Shown piece by piece: positions 20,598-29,418 of a stretch of DNA of 64,000 nt. Source of the DNA: an uncultured delta proteobacterium (GTDB lineage: Bacteria > Desulfobacterota > Binatia > UBA9968). The notes beneath the pieces were generated by a model. That model saw nothing but the letters and a program-made list of their open reading frames with translations. It ran no database searches and had not been told where the DNA came from. A program made the translations under genes and the position numbers. Location: positions 1,856,001 to 1,920,000 of the forward strand of contig CAVUVW010000013.1 of assembly GCA_963745035.1 (NCBI GenBank). Direction: 5' to 3'. Position 1 is the stretch's first letter, and each line of letters opens with the position of its first letter.

Positions 20598-21356
20598 ATG
20601 CGTTTAAAAGACAAAGTAGCTATCGTCACCGGCGGCGGCGTGGGCATCGGCAAAGCCTACGCTCACGGCTTGGCTAAGGAAGGCGCGAAAGTGGTCGTCG
20701 CCGATATCCAGGATAATGAAGCGAAAAAAATCGCCGAGGAAATCAAGACGGGCGGCGGTGAAGCGATGGCCGTTTACGTCGACGTCACTTCCGTCGAGAA
20801 GACCCAGGCGATGGCCCAGGAAGCGCTCAAAAAATACGGCCGCATCGATATCCTGGTAAACAACGCCGGCCTTTACTCCGCCCTCAAGAAGAAAAATTTT
20901 ATGGAGATCGACGGCGACGAATGGGACCGCGTCATGTCGGTGAACGTGAAAGGCTTATGGCACTGCGTCAAAGCCGTTTATCCGGCGATGAAGCAACAAG
21001 GCAAGGGCAAGATCATCAATATCTCGTCGGGCACGGTGCTCGGCGGCTCGCCTTACTTTCTCCATTACGTCTCGTCCAAGTCCGCGGTCATCGGCTTCAC
21101 TCGCGCCTTGGCCCGGGAAGTCGGCGACGACAATATCAGCGTCAACTCGATCATGCCGGGATTGACGATTTCCAGCGCCAACCAGGAAGGCGTAATGACC
21201 GCCGAGCAGCTCGCCGACCGGCGCAAACGCCGCGCTTTTCATCGCGATCAATATCCCGCCGACCTCGTCGGCACGGTGATTTTTCTCGCTTCCGACGACA
21301 GCGACTTTATGACCGGCCAGTCGATCAGCGTCGATGGCGGCATGAACATGCACTGA
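20598..21356 (+). CDS. Short-chain dehydrogenase/reductase (paralog of 18645)
   Basis: TGGGVGIG, NNAG, YVSSK, GQSISVDGG. Confidence 0.92.
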   Translation: MRLKDKVAIVTGGGVGIGKAYAHGLAKEGAKVVVADIQDNEAKKIAEEIKTGGGEAMAVYVDVTSVEKTQAMAQEALKKYGRIDILVNNAGLYSALKKKNFMEIDGDEWDRVMSVNVKGLWHCVKAVYPAMKQQGKGKIINISSGTVLGGSPYFLHYVSSKSAVIGFTRALAREVGDDNISVNSIMPGLTISSANQEGVMTAEQLADRRKRRAFHRDQYPADLVGTVIFLASDDSDFMTGQSISVDGGMNMH

Positions 21357-21405
21357 CTCGGCTGGACTAGATCGCAGTTTGAAGGAATACCGGGAAACCC
21401 GCTGA

Positions 21406-22656
21406 CTACTCGAAGAGCACGCTGGTGAACGTCACTGCCGAGCCGGTTTCAGGTGTAAACGCTTGGCTGTACTTGAGATGTTGGCCGTGCGGCTTCTCCA
21501 GCAGATGAATCAAAGAGTAGAGCGGTGAAAAGCCGCAGATCCGTCGCTTGTCCTGATCCTTCGCGATCTCGTTGAAGAAGCCTGGCGCGTCCAACCTAGC
21601 CAAGCGATCGACAAGTTCTCGGTCTTCGCTTTCCACCCATTTGAGAAAATCTTCCGTGATCGGCTCCCGGTCACCGAACTGGCGGCCCACATGGGCGAGA
21701 TCGACCCCGGCAACGAAGCACACTTTTCTTGAATCTTGGTCAGACATTCGTCGCAGCGCTCGGAGAAAGGTTCCCACCGTGCCATTTTTTTCCGGAAGAG
21801 TGCGGCTGACCAGCGCCGAGTGAAACGAAGAAACCAAAATCGGCACAATTTTAAACGGCCGCTCTGGTTCCCGCGTCAATGCAGCGCGCTTTTGCGCGGC
21901 GTATTTGAGGAATAAAACTTGAAATTCCAGCGAATGTTCGCCACGGTGCAGGTATTCGTCGGCGAAACAATCTTCGCTAGAGGCGGCCTGCAAACGATTG
22001 ACGAAGTCTTTGTCGGTTTCAACCACTCCAAGCGGTGTGTCAAAATCCTTAAGCGTCAAAATGTACGGCGTCCGCCCGCCGCAATGCGACGTACCCAACA
22101 AGATGTAGAGGTCCGCGCCGTCGCTTTCGATGAGTGACTTGTATGCCCACGCATACCCGGGACCACCGCGATGAAAATCGATATGCGGCGCCACGAGCGC
22201 TTTCGGAGCGGAAACTTTCGTCTGCGCCGACGGCGCTCCCGGTCCCCCCGCTGCTATGAAGTAGCCGTCCAGTTGAGCCGTCAGCTCGACGCTGTCTGAT
22301 TTGTAAACGCCGCCGACGTGCGCCGCCGCCCGAATCGGCAGCCTGCGAAATTCGAGCATGATCTTGCTTCGATAGCCCTCAAAGCGCTCGCTCTCCAAGT
22401 AGTAGTGGTGATCGAGCATGTCGACGAAGCTTTGCAATTCGGCGCTTTGCAGCACCGCGCCGAACTGCTTGGCGTACGCTTCTTGAATATCGATAGAGGA
22501 ATGACGGCCATCGAAGTGCGTCAGAATAAAATAGCCGACGGGCGATATGCCGATGGGCGTGGCGAGATTCAACGGGTCTTTGAGATAGACCAGCGTCCTG
22601 CCATCTTGCTGAGCGGGAAACGCTTCGATGGGTCGAAGCCTGGGTTTGTCGTCCAT
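21406..22656 (-). CDS. amrB: MEMO1/AmmeMemoRadiSam protein B with N-terminal PqqD-like extension
   Basis: APHID, GTSH, TPLG, EHSLEFQ, DLAHVG, ICG motifs. Confidence 0.85.
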   Translation of the reverse strand: MDDKPRLRPIEAFPAQQDGRTLVYLKDPLNLATPIGISPVGYFILTHFDGRHSSIDIQEAYAKQFGAVLQSAELQSFVDMLDHHYYLESERFEGYRSKIMLEFRRLPIRAAAHVGGVYKSDSVELTAQLDGYFIAAGGPGAPSAQTKVSAPKALVAPHIDFHRGGPGYAWAYKSLIESDGADLYILLGTSHCGGRTPYILTLKDFDTPLGVVETDKDFVNRLQAASSEDCFADEYLHRGEHSLEFQVLFLKYAAQKRAALTREPERPFKIVPILVSSFHSALVSRTLPEKNGTVGTFLRALRRMSDQDSRKVCFVAGVDLAHVGRQFGDREPITEDFLKWVESEDRELVDRLARLDAPGFFNEIAKDQDKRRICGFSPLYSLIHLLEKPHGQHLKYSQAFTPETGSAVTFTSVLFE

Positions 22657-22724
22657 CCCTGAAGAAAAATCGGACCCGGATGCCGGACGATTTCGGGGCT
22701 TACTTGAAAGTCGTGTTTGTCAAA

Positions 22725-23024
22725 CTAAACGATGCCGAGCCGCTGCTTCGCTTCTTCGCTGATCATACTCGGGTTCCAAGGCGGCTCCCACACGAGATCA
22801 ACGCTCGCGTCGCCGACGCCATCGAGCGCCATGATCTTTTCCTTGGCATCCGCTGCGATCATCGTTCCCATGCCGCACCCCGGCGCCGTGAGAGTCATTT
22901 TGACCGCAACTTTATCGTCGTTGATTTCCACGTCGTAGACCAAACCGAGATCGACGATATTGACCGGGATCTCCGGATCGTAACACTCATGCAACGCTTC
23001 GTAGACTTGTTCTTTGGTAACCAT
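22725..23024 (-). CDS. DUF59/SufT/PaaD Fe-S assembly protein
   Basis: DPEIPVNIVDLGLVY, MTLTAPGC, WEPPW. Confidence 0.92.
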   Translation of the reverse strand: MVTKEQVYEALHECYDPEIPVNIVDLGLVYDVEINDDKVAVKMTLTAPGCGMGTMIAADAKEKIMALDGVGDASVDLVWEPPWNPSMISEEAKQRLGIV

Positions 23025-23055
23025 TAGATCGCTCCTTGCGCCAGGAACTTCGGGC

Positions 23056-24156
23056 TCAACTCGAAACGATTTTTAATCCCTGCGTTTTTTTCGCCTGCTC
23101 CGATGCGATCGACAACTGCCCGGCCAATTTCGCGGCGATTTCCAGAAAAACTTTACTGACTTCGCTGTGCGGATCCTGAACCAGACTCGGCACGCCGGTA
23201 TCGCCGCCTTCGCGCAGCGTCGGCGTGATCGGAATCTCACCGAGATAAGGAATCTTGAATCGCTCCGCCGCGCGCTGGGCTCCGCCGCGCGAAAAAATTT
23301 CATGCTTCTTGTTGCAGCCGTCGCAAATAAAGTAGCTCATATTTTCGATGAGGCCGACGATCGGAATATTGACTTTGTCGAACATCGATTTCGCCCGCAC
23401 CACGTCGGCGAGCGCGACATGCTGCGGCGTGGCGACCAGCAACGCGCCGCTGACTTTCAACTGCTGCGAAAAAGTGATCTGCACATCGCCGGTGCCCGGC
23501 GGCATGTCCACGACCAGATAATCCAACTCGCCCCAATGAACGTCCGCCATGAGCTGATGCAGCGCCTTGCCCAACATCGGACCGCGCCAAATGACGGCCT
23601 GATCAGGATCGAGAAAAAAACCGATGGACATCACCGGCAAGCCATGGGCGACTGCGGGCTCGATCTTGGCAACACCGTCGACGTCGATTTTCTCCGGCTC
23701 GCCCTTGACGCCCATGATGATCGGCACCGAGGGACCGTAGATATCGGCATCCAGCAGACCGGTCGCGGCGCCGTGCACCTTGAGCGCGACCGCCAAATTG
23801 GCCGCCACGGTAGACTTGCCGACGCCTCCCTTGCCCGCGGCGACGAGGACGACGTTTTTCACCGTCGGCAACAAATCGGTCTGCCCCGCGCCGGCTTTGC
23901 TGCCGCGCACCTGGGCCCCGAAATCGATCTCCAACGCGGTGATGCCGCCGAGGGCGGCAAGGGCTTTTTTGCAATCGTTTTCGATCGTCTCCCGCAGAGG
24001 ACAAGCCGGCGTGGTCAGCTCCACGGTAAAACGTACTTTGCCCTGGCCGACGGCAAGATTTTTCACCATGCCGAGGCTTACAATGTCGCGATGGAGCTCC
24101 GGATCTTGGACTTTACGAAGCGCCTCCATGACGCGCTCTTCAGTGACGTTTTCCAC
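23056..24156 (-). CDS. apbC: Mrp/ApbC Fe-S cluster carrier ATPase with N-terminal DUF59
   Basis: GKGGVGKS, DADIYGPS, WRGPM, DMPPGTGD, ENMS..CDGC. Confidence 0.93.
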   Translation of the reverse strand: MENVTEERVMEALRKVQDPELHRDIVSLGMVKNLAVGQGKVRFTVELTTPACPLRETIENDCKKALAALGGITALEIDFGAQVRGSKAGAGQTDLLPTVKNVVLVAAGKGGVGKSTVAANLAVALKVHGAATGLLDADIYGPSVPIIMGVKGEPEKIDVDGVAKIEPAVAHGLPVMSIGFFLDPDQAVIWRGPMLGKALHQLMADVHWGELDYLVVDMPPGTGDVQITFSQQLKVSGALLVATPQHVALADVVRAKSMFDKVNIPIVGLIENMSYFICDGCNKKHEIFSRGGAQRAAERFKIPYLGEIPITPTLREGGDTGVPSLVQDPHSEVSKVFLEIAAKLAGQLSIASEQAKKTQGLKIVSS

Positions 24157-24352
24157 GATTCTCTTCCTTCAAAACTATTGACTTATAAGGTCCACGATGT
24201 CAACACGGCTAACTGCGTTAACAATCGACGGTTTGGCGCATCTAAACCGCAGGAATCAGAGTTGGAATGAACCTCTTGCTTGCCGCTATGGGGGGCTTTT
24301 GTTACTATGTCGGGTCGCAGAATTTCCGTCCGAGCAGGCGTAAGGAGGGGCG

Positions 24353-24691
24353 ATGAATCGAGCGATTACCACGTTGCTGACGATATCGGTGTTGACTGCC
24401 ATGGGCTGCTCCGGAGGCAGTCTCACCACGCGCGAGAAAGGCGCCGGTATCGGTGCTCTGGGCGGCGCCGCCGCCGGGGGAATTATCGGCGCAGCGACAG
24501 GCCACGCCGGCGCCGGCGCGGCGATCGGCGGCGTGCTTGGCCTCGGTGCCGGAGCGCTGGTCGGCGATCAGCTTCAGGGACAGCAAAACACACAATCCGA
24601 GCAACAGCGCCAGATCGACAGCAATCAGGCGGAATTGGAGCGCCAGAGGCGCGAGCTCGAGCAGCTCAGACGACAGAAGGCCGAATACTAG
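24353..24691 (+). CDS. Glycine-zipper lipoprotein with C-terminal coiled coil
   Basis: Lipobox AMGC (Cys19), GxxxG zipper, Q/E/R-rich tail. Confidence 0.8.
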   Translation: MNRAITTLLTISVLTAMGCSGGSLTTREKGAGIGALGGAAAGGIIGAATGHAGAGAAIGGVLGLGAGALVGDQLQGQQNTQSEQQRQIDSNQAELERQRRELEQLRRQKAEY

Positions 24692-24781
24692 TCGGCTGAC
24701 GTGTCCGGAAGCGCTTGGAGTCGCGCAGGTAAACGGGTTTGATCGAGCCGGTCACGTGATCCGGCCGGCCGGGAGATCTTA

Positions 24782-25483
24782 ATGAAATCGGACTCAGGAG
24801 TTTTGTTGTTCACGGCCTTTTTGGCGATGTCCGCGTGCGCGGGCGGCGAGCTGACGACGCGTGAAAAGGGCGCTGGTATCGGCGCTCTGGGCGGTGCCGC
24901 CGCCGGGGGAATTATCGGGGCAGCAACAGGCCACGCCGGAGCCGGTGCCGCAATCGGCGGCGTGCTTGGCCTCGGCGCCGGTGCCTTGGTCGGCGATCAA
25001 CTCCAAGGCCAGGAGAACAAACAAAAAGAGCAGCAAAAAGCGATCGACCAGCAGCGCGTCGAGATTGAAAAGAACCAGGCTTTGATCGAGGAGCTGAGAA
25101 AGCGCAACATCGAGGCGCGCGAGACCAGCCGGGGGGTCATGGTCAACCTTCCGAGCGTGAACTTCGAGTTCGACAGTGCGGACCTCACGCGCGACGGCAG
25201 AAATCGAGTGAACCAAATCGCCGACATCGTCCGGCGCGACGCGCCCAACCGGCGGATCACAGTTGAGGGCCACGCCAGCCGCGAGAGCGCCGCCCAAGAA
25301 GCTTACAATCAACGCCTATCTGAGCGACGCGCCAATACCGTGGCCGACGCCTTGGAGCGCAGCGGCGTGAATGGCAGAAATGTCTCGGCTCAAGGCCTGG
25401 GCACCCGTGCGCCGATCGCGACCAATGACACCGAGAGCGGCCGGCAGCAAAACCGCCGCGTCGAAGTAGTTATCGAAAACTAG
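24782..25483 (+). CDS. Glycine-zipper OmpA-family lipoprotein
   Basis: Lipobox MSAC (Cys19), same zipper, VEGH..YNQRLSERRA..NRRVE OmpA domain. Confidence 0.9.
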   Translation: MKSDSGVLLFTAFLAMSACAGGELTTREKGAGIGALGGAAAGGIIGAATGHAGAGAAIGGVLGLGAGALVGDQLQGQENKQKEQQKAIDQQRVEIEKNQALIEELRKRNIEARETSRGVMVNLPSVNFEFDSADLTRDGRNRVNQIADIVRRDAPNRRITVEGHASRESAAQEAYNQRLSERRANTVADALERSGVNGRNVSAQGLGTRAPIATNDTESGRQQNRRVEVVIEN

Positions 25484-26057
25484 CGCGAAACCGCGGCTCG
25501 GTGCCGTCGCGCAAACGCTTGATATTGTCGCGGTGGCGAAAGATCACCATCCCGCCGAGAAATACCGCCATGCCGACGAAGATCGGCGCATAGGAAAACG
25601 CCCAGAGCACCACTGGCGCCACCAGAGCCGCGGCAATCGAGCCCAGCGAAACGATCCGGCTTATCAGCACGGCAGCGCCGAAGACAACCACTAAAATGAC
25701 GGGCGCCGCTGGCGCGACGGCAAGAAAAGCGCCGAAGGCCGTGGCCACACCCTTTCCTCCCTGAAAATTCAAAAACACCGGATACAAATGCCCCAGAAAC
25801 GCCGCTATCCCGACGAGGGCCACGCCCAGATCGCTCATCCCGAGGCGCTGCGCCACAAAAACCGGAACAAATCCCTTAGCGGTGTCGGCAATCAGCGTCA
25901 GTAAACCCAGGCCTTTGCCCAGCACGCGCGCGACGTTGGTCGCGCCGATGTTGCCGCTGCCGGTGTTTCTGACGTCGATCCCGGACAGCGCGCCGATAAT
26001 AAAACCGCTCGGAATCGAACCCAAGAGGTAAGCAAATATTGCCAGTACGACGACCAT
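25470..26057 (-). CDS. plsY: Glycerol-3-phosphate acyltransferase
   Basis: YLLGSIP, GSGNIGATN, GHLYP, GGKGVAT, RHRDNI. Confidence 0.95.
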   Translation of the reverse strand: MVVVLAIFAYLLGSIPSGFIIGALSGIDVRNTGSGNIGATNVARVLGKGLGLLTLIADTAKGFVPVFVAQRLGMSDLGVALVGIAAFLGHLYPVFLNFQGGKGVATAFGAFLAVAPAAPVILVVVFGAAVLISRIVSLGSIAAALVAPVVLWAFSYAPIFVGMAVFLGGMVIFRHRDNIKRLRDGTEPRFRASFR

Positions 26058-26461
26058 CTCACGACCCGCCCGTTACGAGCTAGATGACCTACACTCCTCA
26101 TCCAGCCACTGTTCCTTGATTCCGAATATTCCGAATTCCACAGTCGCAAGTTGGCCCGACCCCGCGGGAAACGATCCCGGAGTCGTGAAGACAGCCAAGC
26201 CGTGGGCCCGCAAATTTTCGCGTCTATTTGGCAACCGGCGCCCCAGTGGCAACGATTATTCGTAGCTCACCGGCGATCTCGGTCCGCCCAGAGACAGTAA
26301 AGCATTTGTCTTTACTCTGGAAGGATTGTGCCTGCGGGCAAAGCAGGCAACCGCGGATTTCGGGTTCATTTGAACTCCGCTGCCGCACTCGTTTTTCGAG
26401 GTCTGCCGTCGTTTCCCGCGCCGCCGCCGGCCGCCTTGAAGCTCATCGCAGCCCGCACAGC

Positions 26462-26498
26462 AAAAAAGCCCTACACGGAAACTACCGTGTAGGGCTTT
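26462..26498 (-). terminator. Rho-independent terminator of the cupin gene
   Basis: AAAGCCCTACACGG-N6-CCGTGTAGGGCTTT stem followed by a T-run on the minus strand. Confidence 0.85.
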
Positions 26499-26519
26499 CT
26501 GCTCGTCGTCTTTGGCGAC

Positions 26520-27617
26520 TTACTTCGCCGGTCGTTTGTAGAAGTCAGGATTCATTTTCGTGGTCGTGCCCGATTTCGCGAGCTCTTCCTCGAACATCTT
26601 ACGGATCCACGGCGCCTCATCGTAGTACTCGATCTGGTTTCCACCCTGCTTCACGTCCTTGTCGACTTTGGTGATATCACCGAAGCTTTCGCCCAGGCTG
26701 TATTTGATTCCGCCCAGGCGCGGCGGCAAATAGCGCGCGCCGGTAGCGCCGGTGTTGAAGTGCTGGTGAAACATCATCGCCGGCGGCGTAAACACGCTGC
26801 CGTCCTGCCAGTCGTAGCGCTTGGGCTCTTCGCCTTCACGCCAGAAAAGCGAAAATCCCTGCCCCTTGATAATGATGACGTTGAAACCGGGACCGTGGCG
26901 ATGAGCCTTTTTGTAGGTGCCGATGGGAAACTCGGAAATATGCGCGGCCATAGAGCCGTTGGCGAGCTCGAGCATGACGTTCTTGCCTGCGGCGCCGCGC
27001 TCTTTCCAATCTTCCAGAGCGAAATTGCGCGCATCGGCGATGAAGTTGGTGTCCCAGACGCGCCCCGGGTAGGCCTTGCCCTTGCCGCTGAAATACTCGG
27101 GATCACCGTCGAACCGATCGGTGAAATCCCGCGGCGTGTTGAAAACGAAATCAGCGTCGTGAAACAGATTGAAAACGATCGGCATGCTGTTCACGGAAAA
27201 AAAACGCGCCGGTTCACTGCCCGAGCCGTTGAAGTGCTGGTACCAGGCATTGAGCGGCAACGCAAACAAGCTGCCTTCCTGCCACTCGAAGGTTTGTTTT
27301 GCGCCCTTATCGTTCCAGATCGTCGTCCCACCGCGCCCTTTGAGCACAAAATGCAAGTCCTCGTACAGATGTCGCGCCGGATTCAATTTTTTGCCCGCCG
27401 GAATTTCGCTCACGTAGGCGCCGGTGGTACCTTCGGCGCCTTCCATGTTGATGAACGCGCCGCTGCCGCCGGTCCGATTCCAAGGCTTGAGTTCAACCTT
27501 TTTTAGATCTTGAACGAAAAACGTCTTAACGATTGGAATTCCCTCATCGAGTTGCCACTTGTCGTAGTAGGGAATGTTATCCATCACATGATCGATTTGA
27601 GTTGCCGGCTTGGACAT
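26520..27617 (-). CDS. Bicupin protein
   Basis: Two cupin motifs (RHLYE..G.G.T..P.NAWYQHFN; AHRHGPG..P....HQHFN); start MSKPATQ. Confidence 0.85.
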   Translation of the reverse strand: MSKPATQIDHVMDNIPYYDKWQLDEGIPIVKTFFVQDLKKVELKPWNRTGGSGAFINMEGAEGTTGAYVSEIPAGKKLNPARHLYEDLHFVLKGRGGTTIWNDKGAKQTFEWQEGSLFALPLNAWYQHFNGSGSEPARFFSVNSMPIVFNLFHDADFVFNTPRDFTDRFDGDPEYFSGKGKAYPGRVWDTNFIADARNFALEDWKERGAAGKNVMLELANGSMAAHISEFPIGTYKKAHRHGPGFNVIIIKGQGFSLFWREGEEPKRYDWQDGSVFTPPAMMFHQHFNTGATGARYLPPRLGGIKYSLGESFGDITKVDKDVKQGGNQIEYYDEAPWIRKMFEEELAKSGTTTKMNPDFYKRPAK

Positions 27618-27853
27618 GATCTCCTCCCGAACTTTTGCTTGTGTAGTTATCGCATACGACTTGCAAAAGCAAGCTAGCGCAGGTCCGGTTGCGACTCGTA
27701 CAGAGCTAATTTTACGGCAAAAAAACCGCGGCAGCATTGACAAGCCGGGTGAAACTCTACTAAATGGCACGGTGACACGTCGGCCAAATTCTCGGCTCGA
27801 AGTCGGAGCCGAAGATGGTTGGCGGCAAGCGCGATTGGAACAGGAGATTCCCC

Positions 27854-28069
27854 TTGGCTACCACCGTCGAAGCGCCCATGGTCGGAAAGATCTTGAAGAT
27901 TGAAAAAAACCCCGGCGATCACGTCGATGAAGACGAGGTCATCATCGTCATGGAAGCGATGAAAATGGAAATTCCCATCGTCGCGTCGACCAGCGGAACT
28001 TTGAAAGAGCTGAAAGTTACGGTCGGTCAAGCCGTCGAAGCCGAACAAGTGCTCGCCGTCATCGAATAG
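27854..28069 (+). CDS. Biotin carboxyl carrier protein (decarboxylase subunit)
   Basis: EAMKM biotinylation motif; TTG start 7 nt after AGGAG. Confidence 0.9.
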   Translation: MATTVEAPMVGKILKIEKNPGDHVDEDEVIIVMEAMKMEIPIVASTSGTLKELKVTVGQAVEAEQVLAVIE

Positions 28070-28121
28070 TCCGCGCCAGCCCGAAACCGCGGTTTTCCGG
28101 TCGTCACACCAAGGAGATTCC

Positions 28122-28260
28122 ATGGACAATTGGACGTTCGGCTGGACTTTGGCGCTCATCGGTATGTCCGGCACCATGCTCGTGCTGTGGATTTTGAGCC
28201 TGCTCATCCTGTTGATTCGCACGGTCTTTCCTGCGCCGGCCGACGCCCAAGAAAGGCTAA
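28122..28260 (+). CDS. OadG/MmdD-like small membrane subunit (one extra C near 28247)
   Basis: GM..T.LVLWIL single TM; removing one base gives ..ADAKKG-TAA just before oadB. Confidence 0.7.
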
Positions 28261-28269
28261 TGCCCGCAG

Positions 28270-29415
28270 ATGGAATCCGCGCTCGTTTCCGGAATACAGG
28301 GTTTATTTCTCGGCGTTACGAATCTCGGTCTCGGTCATGTCATCATGATCCTGATCGGATCATTGCTGCTCTATCTCGGCATCAGCAAAGGCTACGAGCC
28401 GCTGCTCTTGGTGCCCATCGGCTTCGGCGCGATCCTGGTCAATATCCCGCTTTCGGAGATGATGGCCGAGGGCGGCTTCATCCGATTTTTCTATGACATC
28501 GGCGTGCGCACGGAGATTTTTCCGCTGCTGATTTTTCTCGGCATCGGCGCGATGACCGATTTCCAGCCATTGTTGGAAAACCCGAAAATCATCCTGCTCG
28601 GCGCCGCCGGGCAATTCGGCATCTTCATCACTTTGCTGCTCGCGCTGGCCATCGGCTTCGACAAACTCGACGCGGTCGCGGTTTCGATCATCGGCGCCTG
28701 CGACGGGCCGACGGCGATCTACGTGAGCTCCAAATTCGCTCCCCACCTGCTCGGCGCGGTCTCTGTGGCGGCGTACTCGTACATGTCATTGGTACCGCTG
28801 ATCCAGCCGCCGATCATGCGCGCTCTCACCACGGAAAAAGAGCGCATGATCGTCATGGGCGCGGTGAAGCAGCCGATCTCGCAGACCACCAAGATCATGT
28901 TTCCCATCGTGGTCACGATCTTCGCGTCGATCCTGGCGCCCAAAGGCGCGCCGCTCATCGGCACGGTCATGTTCGGCAATCTGATGAAGGAGTGCGGGGT
29001 CGTCGATCGCCTGAAACGCGCGTCGGAAAATGAGATCGCCAACATCGTGACCCTGCTGCTCGGCCTGTGCATCGGCGCGACCATGGAGGCCGGTAAGTTT
29101 TTGCAGACCCAGACGCTGCTGATCCTCGCGCTCGGGTTTATCGCCATCAGCCTCGACACCGCGGTCGGCGTGCTTTTCGGCAAGCTCATGTGCGCGCTCA
29201 CGGGCGGCAAGATCAATCCGCTGATCGGCGCGGCGGGGATCTCCGCCTTTCCCATGTCCGCGCGCGTCGTTCAGGCCGAAGGACAAAAGTACAACAAGAA
29301 AAACTATCTGCTCATGCACGCGATGAGCGCCAACGCCGGCGGGCAGATCGGCTCGGTGATCGCCGCCGCCGTCATGCTCTCGGTGCTGCAAGGCATGGGC
29401 ATCGTCGGGCAGTAA
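28270..29415 (+). CDS. oadB: Na+-translocating decarboxylase beta subunit
   Basis: YEPLLLVPIGFG, FP.LIF.G.GAMTDF, IIGACDGPT, AAYSYM, AG.SA.P. Confidence 0.93.
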   Translation: MESALVSGIQGLFLGVTNLGLGHVIMILIGSLLLYLGISKGYEPLLLVPIGFGAILVNIPLSEMMAEGGFIRFFYDIGVRTEIFPLLIFLGIGAMTDFQPLLENPKIILLGAAGQFGIFITLLLALAIGFDKLDAVAVSIIGACDGPTAIYVSSKFAPHLLGAVSVAAYSYMSLVPLIQPPIMRALTTEKERMIVMGAVKQPISQTTKIMFPIVVTIFASILAPKGAPLIGTVMFGNLMKECGVVDRLKRASENEIANIVTLLLGLCIGATMEAGKFLQTQTLLILALGFIAISLDTAVGVLFGKLMCALTGGKINPLIGAAGISAFPMSARVVQAEGQKYNKKNYLLMHAMSANAGGQIGSVIAAAVMLSVLQGMGIVGQ

Positions 29416-29418
29416 TCT

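Noticed and set aside
27737-27780. Promoter for the decarboxylase operon (TTGACA; TGGCACG)
   Set aside because: No well-spaced -10 for the TTGACA and no GC at -12 for the TGGCACG.
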